From: an uncultured Phycisphaerales bacterium
GTDB taxonomy: Bacteria > Planctomycetota > Phycisphaerae > Tepidisphaerales > Tepidisphaeraceae
Reading direction: 5' to 3'
Assembly: GCA_963758525.1 (NCBI GenBank)
Contig: CAVWVQ010000003.1
Location: 2,656,001-2,720,000 of the forward strand
DNA: 64,000 bases
Position numbers and translations under genes: made by a program. This document shows positions 60,235-64,000 of this stretch, piece after piece. Positions within the stretch are counted from its first letter, which is position 1. Each line of letters starts with the position of its first letter. Under the pieces are notes generated by a model that was not told the DNA's origin, searched no databases, and saw nothing but the letters and a program-made list of their open reading frames with translations.

Positions 60235-60536
60235 TTGAATGCCTGCCGGGTTGTCTACGTCGTGGATGACCAGGACGGGCGAGTGACGACGTACGGCTTT
60301 GCCTACGGAACGTTGCCGATCATGCAGAATCGGGTGAGGAGCGGTTCCTGGCTGAATGGGATCGACAGGACGACAGCGTGCAGTACGACATCCTCGCCTT
60401 CTCCCGCCCGCAGAAGTTGCTCGCCCGGATTGGTTACTCGTGGGTGCGACGACTGCAAAAGCGCTTCGGTCGCGATTCGGTGAAGGTGATGGCTCGAACG
60501 GTAACGCTGGTGGCGGGCCCTATGGCTCCGTCATGA
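60235..60536 (+). pseudogene. DUF1990-family 3' fragment, frameshifted near 60320
   Basis: NACRVVYVVD..YGFAYGTLP then HAESGEERF..YDILAFSRP..RRLQKRF. Confidence 0.75.
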
Positions 60537-60842
60537 AGGAAATCAATACATTTGCACGTCCTGCACGTTATCGCGTTCATCGCACAGAGAGTCGCGATCG
60601 CACTGCTGCTCCTGGTCTCTTTCGAGCTGCCGCTCCGACCGTAGTCCCAAATACCGCGCCAATCCAACCGGCTCCGCCCTGTGATCCAAATGCGATTTGC
60701 AAGAACAGCAATGCTTCAGTTCGGTGCGAACACCGCAACTGTCGCCCTGGGCCGGTGCCCCCTTCATTCTATGCGTTACGCTATGGCTTGCACCCCCGTA
60801 ACTTGCATTCTCCTCGCAGCTCGCTTTTGTCTTAAGGCAAAT

Positions 60843-61220
60843 ATGATTTTGATCGTGGACGATGAGAAAGACGCCGGAACGGCATTGGTGCGGTTGATAC
60901 GATATGCCGGTCACGAGGCCGCGTCCGTGACCGGAGGTGCAGCGGCGCTGGCCATGCTCCGCCTCCGCAAGCCTTCTTTGCTGGTCCTCGACGTGAACAT
61001 GCCCGAGATGGACGGTCTGACCGTTCTTAGAGCGATCAAGGAGCACGACGACTTAAAGGATGTGCGGGTAATGATGTACTCGGCAGATATGACCCACGAA
61101 ACGATGGTCGAGGCAAAGCGATTGGGAGCCGAGGACTTTCTGGTAAAGGGCACAGTTGCGATTGACCACCTTGTGGCCCGGATTTGCGATCTCGCGGGCG
61201 AACCAGTCAAGCCAGGCTAG
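60843..61220 (+). CDS. Single-domain response regulator (receiver)
   Basis: ILIVDDE, VLDVNMPEMDG, YSA, FLVK. Confidence 0.9.
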   Translation: MILIVDDEKDAGTALVRLIRYAGHEAASVTGGAAALAMLRLRKPSLLVLDVNMPEMDGLTVLRAIKEHDDLKDVRVMMYSADMTHETMVEAKRLGAEDFLVKGTVAIDHLVARICDLAGEPVKPG

Positions 61221-61303
61221 CAGCGTTTCGGGAGGAAGACTCGCCTACCCGCCCCCTCCGGCGGCCTGCATGAGATTGGCAATTCTCTGGCGAGTGCTTG
61301 GAC

Positions 61304-62482
61304 TCAACAGGTTCCCAAGCGCCGTTCCGGCAACAACAAGCGAAACGTCGAACCGATCCCTACCTGCGACTCAACCTCCAGTCTGCCCCCCAGAAGCTTG
61401 GTGGCCTGCGATGCGATGGACAGGCCCAGTCCGAAGCCCGGCTGCCCATGCGTGTAGCCCCTTGAGAAGGCATCGAACAAGCGACTCAGGTTTGCGGGTG
61501 CGATGCCCGGCCCCTCGTCGCTCACCCCGACTGCCCAGCCGTGGCCGCTCCCGTCGCCGTTCACTGCCGCTTTGGCCGTCACGCTTACAGTGCCGCGGGC
61601 GCTGTACTTGATGGCATTGCCCAGGAGGTTCTGCATCACGAGCGTGATCAACTCGCGGTCAGTTCGGGCCTCGGCCGCTTCAGGGACGTCCACCACCAGT
61701 GCCAGGCCTTTGCCCTTCGCTTCGTGGCTCTGCCGCGCGGTGATCTCCGAAAGCGCCAGCTTCAGGTTCAGTGGCTCCCATGTCGGCTCCACTGCCTCTT
61801 TGCGAAGGCGTTCGGCTTGCAGCAGGCGATCCATTCCTCCAATCGTGTGCGAGATGGACTTCTGGATCGACTTCACGTCTTCCACGCCGTCGGCGCAGTC
61901 GGCGATTCCCCCCAGTCTTTGACCGAGAAGCTCTAACACGAGTGTTGCGTGGTTGAGATGATTGCGCAGATCGTGTGAGAGGAATGTCATGTACCTGGAC
62001 TGCGACTCGGAAGCCGCTCGAATCTGTTCACGCTGGTGCTCGGTGAAGACGACGATTCCACTCTGGACGGCCGCGTCCACCGCCATGTTCAGAGCCACGT
62101 TCTGCCGCACGTCGAGCCGCTCGTTCAGTTCAGCCGAGACCTGTTCGATGATGATCCGCCGCAGCAGGCGATACTCGACCACCAGCTCCCGCACGTTGTA
62201 GTGCTCGTGGAAACGGGCCACCCCATGCACCTTGCTGTCCTCCATGAGTTGCCGGGTGGCTGCGGGCGTGTCTGATGCCAGGGCTTCCACGATCTCCCCC
62301 AGAATCATCGGCACGGAGTTTCGCAACTGGTTGAGTGTGAGTTCATCACTGTTGGGGAGCGTCTGCCGTACCGCCGCTTCCCACGCCGCAATGATCGACT
62401 GGGCGCGTGCTCTCAACGCGGCGGCGATGCGCGGGAAGGCATGGTGCACCAAGAGATCGAGGGTCTGATCTTCGACGGACAT
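61304..62482 (-). CDS. Cytoplasmic sensor histidine kinase (RsbRD_N-like sensor, HisKA, HATPase)
   Basis: LSHDLRN H-box, NLLGNAIKY, DEGPGI, GFGLGLSI. Confidence 0.92.
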   Translation of the reverse strand: MSVEDQTLDLLVHHAFPRIAAALRARAQSIIAAWEAAVRQTLPNSDELTLNQLRNSVPMILGEIVEALASDTPAATRQLMEDSKVHGVARFHEHYNVRELVVEYRLLRRIIIEQVSAELNERLDVRQNVALNMAVDAAVQSGIVVFTEHQREQIRAASESQSRYMTFLSHDLRNHLNHATLVLELLGQRLGGIADCADGVEDVKSIQKSISHTIGGMDRLLQAERLRKEAVEPTWEPLNLKLALSEITARQSHEAKGKGLALVVDVPEAAEARTDRELITLVMQNLLGNAIKYSARGTVSVTAKAAVNGDGSGHGWAVGVSDEGPGIAPANLSRLFDAFSRGYTHGQPGFGLGLSIASQATKLLGGRLEVESQVGIGSTFRLLLPERRLGTC

Positions 62483-63062
62483 TGCAAGGCTCCTAACCAG
62501 GAGTGGCGCGAGTGATGGCAGATTTCCTGCCCCCAAATTTCGTAACGATGTAACCGAGCGGTATCGCTTGGACCTGTGCGGATGGTGCTGAAAGCCGCGT
62601 CATTGTCTATTTTCGACACAGTCACGCCCATCCATAAAGTTCCTTTTCTCCAGCGATGGCGTCGTCATAGCTATTCCGGGGCGGACTGCTCCATCCCCGC
62701 ATCATAGAGGGATGGAGCTTCGATGTATTGCCTCCAACCATCGCTCCTCGTCGCGATGACTCGACTCTCCGGCTCACGATTGAGGCGGGGCCGGCACGTC
62801 GATCTTGACGCCAAACCGCCGGCACATTTTCCGGAACGTGGCGACCTTTTCTGGCGTGTTCAATGCCGCTTCCTGGGGAGACTCCGCCCAGAAGAGCACG
62901 TCGCGCCAGTCCCGCAGAGCCACATCAGTGAATTCATGAACACGCTTCGCATCTCTTCCTAAAACGCGACCTCGAATACAGTTGAAGAATAGAACGATTT
63001 GCTGCACCCGATCCCTCTGTCGGCGTGTAGAAATTCTGATCAACCGCGGCCCGAATCCTTCG

Positions 63063-63542
63063 TCAGATGGTCGAGAAGTGTTGATCAGTAGCAAGCTCAA
63101 AACCCTGAGCGGATGTCAATTGAGCAACTGCAGATATGAGTTGCAACGGCTGAAGAGGTTTGAGAAGTACGGCATCGAATCCTGCTCTTCGGTATTCCGC
63201 TACTTCTTCTGCCAAGGTAAATGCCGTCATTGCGATGGCCTTCAGCTGATGCAGCTTTTGTAATTCCTTGAGCAGTTCGCATCCGTCACCATCCCACAGC
63301 GCGATGTCACAGACGGCGAGACTGATCTGCTTTCTTTTTGCCACATCCAGCGCGGCCTGATACCCATCAGCGGTGCAGACGACATATCCATCTATTCTGA
63401 CAATCGCCGCAACCGTCACCAGAGATTCGATCGGCGCTGCAACGACGAGAATTCCGACCCGATTTGCCGGGATGATACTGAGTCGATCGTTGTGGGTTGA
63501 AACGGCCACTTTTAGCCCTCGCAGCACTCGCTCGGGACTCAA
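63063..63542 (-). CDS. Atypical single-domain response regulator
   Basis: CDIALWDGDG, AMTA, GFDAVLLKP. The N-terminal acidic pair is degenerate. Confidence 0.7.
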   Translation of the reverse strand: MSPERVLRGLKVAVSTHNDRLSIIPANRVGILVVAAPIESLVTVAAIVRIDGYVVCTADGYQAALDVAKRKQISLAVCDIALWDGDGCELLKELQKLHQLKAIAMTAFTLAEEVAEYRRAGFDAVLLKPLQPLQLISAVAQLTSAQGFELATDQHFSTI

Positions 63543-64000
63543 TGGTTCCTATGCTGCGCACTCCAACTTCTGAAGGTACAACTTCCGCAGCTGCCCTGCG
63601 AATCCGAATTGCTCAGCTTCTGAAATTCCTTACCCAGCCGGTCATGGCGTTTTAAGGTCGGAGAACTCGAACAATGGAAGCCTCTCTCAATTAGAAGGGT
63701 GCCACCCAGAGAGCGAGAGTACATCCTACGCACTCGACGCGCTCGGCATTCTGTTTCCGGATTGAATTCGACTGCCGGAATTCGACAGTTCCGCAGTTCG
63801 CCCCGCGTACAGCATTCCGCGATATGGCGAGAGAGAGGGACAGGAGCCGCGTTCGCAGTCGCTTCGCGCTGGCCGCACTGGAAAACCGCGCCGCACTGGG
63901 TCTTCACGGAGACCAAAGAAACTCCGCCGAAGAGGCGGCATCTCATTTTGCGGACCGCTTCGCAATGCGAAGAGTTTTAATTTCAGAGTGATTCGTTGCC

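Noticed and set aside
1..64000. Prophage, integrase/tRNA attachment site, rRNA or tRNA genes
   Set aside because: No structural phage genes, tyrosine/serine integrase or recognisable structural RNA sequence was found by eye.

Overview
GC-rich bacterial chromosomal DNA, most likely Planctomycetota (Phycisphaerae/Tepidisphaerales-like). This is inferred from a LEPRxLL-type export motif, H-X9-DG prepilins, APEPG PEP-CTERM tails and an ATTQP motif after a signal peptide. 1-18.5 kb is a decaying defence island: TM0106-type nuclease-helicase, an in-frame hsdR::hsdM deletion fusion plus hsdS, GmrSD, IS5, HEPN, a Mesh1-like HD hydrolase and Mrr. 18.8-54 kb carries two inverted paralogous cassettes. 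Each has ECF sigma, FecR/NPCBM anti-sigma, type IV prepilin(s) and an uncharacterised 'DDG' partner protein, divergent from a large beta-strand-repeat PEP-CTERM surface protein. Four copies of a shared promoter-like motif (TGTAAnnAT-N14-CGACrTA) lie in the divergent gaps. Around the cassettes are glycan-active genes, pseudogenes, IS630/IS66 remnants and a 5.5-kb near-identical direct duplication. Most striking is an IS110-superfamily (IS1111-type) element at 50501-52195. It is inserted precisely in the F-T-L-V codons of a prepilin, its noncoding region holds two segments that tile the 12-nt target, and its end rebuilds an in-frame G|FTLVE prepilin-peptidase site, so the insertion may be phenotypically silent. 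The window ends in two-component signalling genes. No rRNA, tRNA or CRISPR array was seen. All family calls come from motif recognition by eye, not from database searches.
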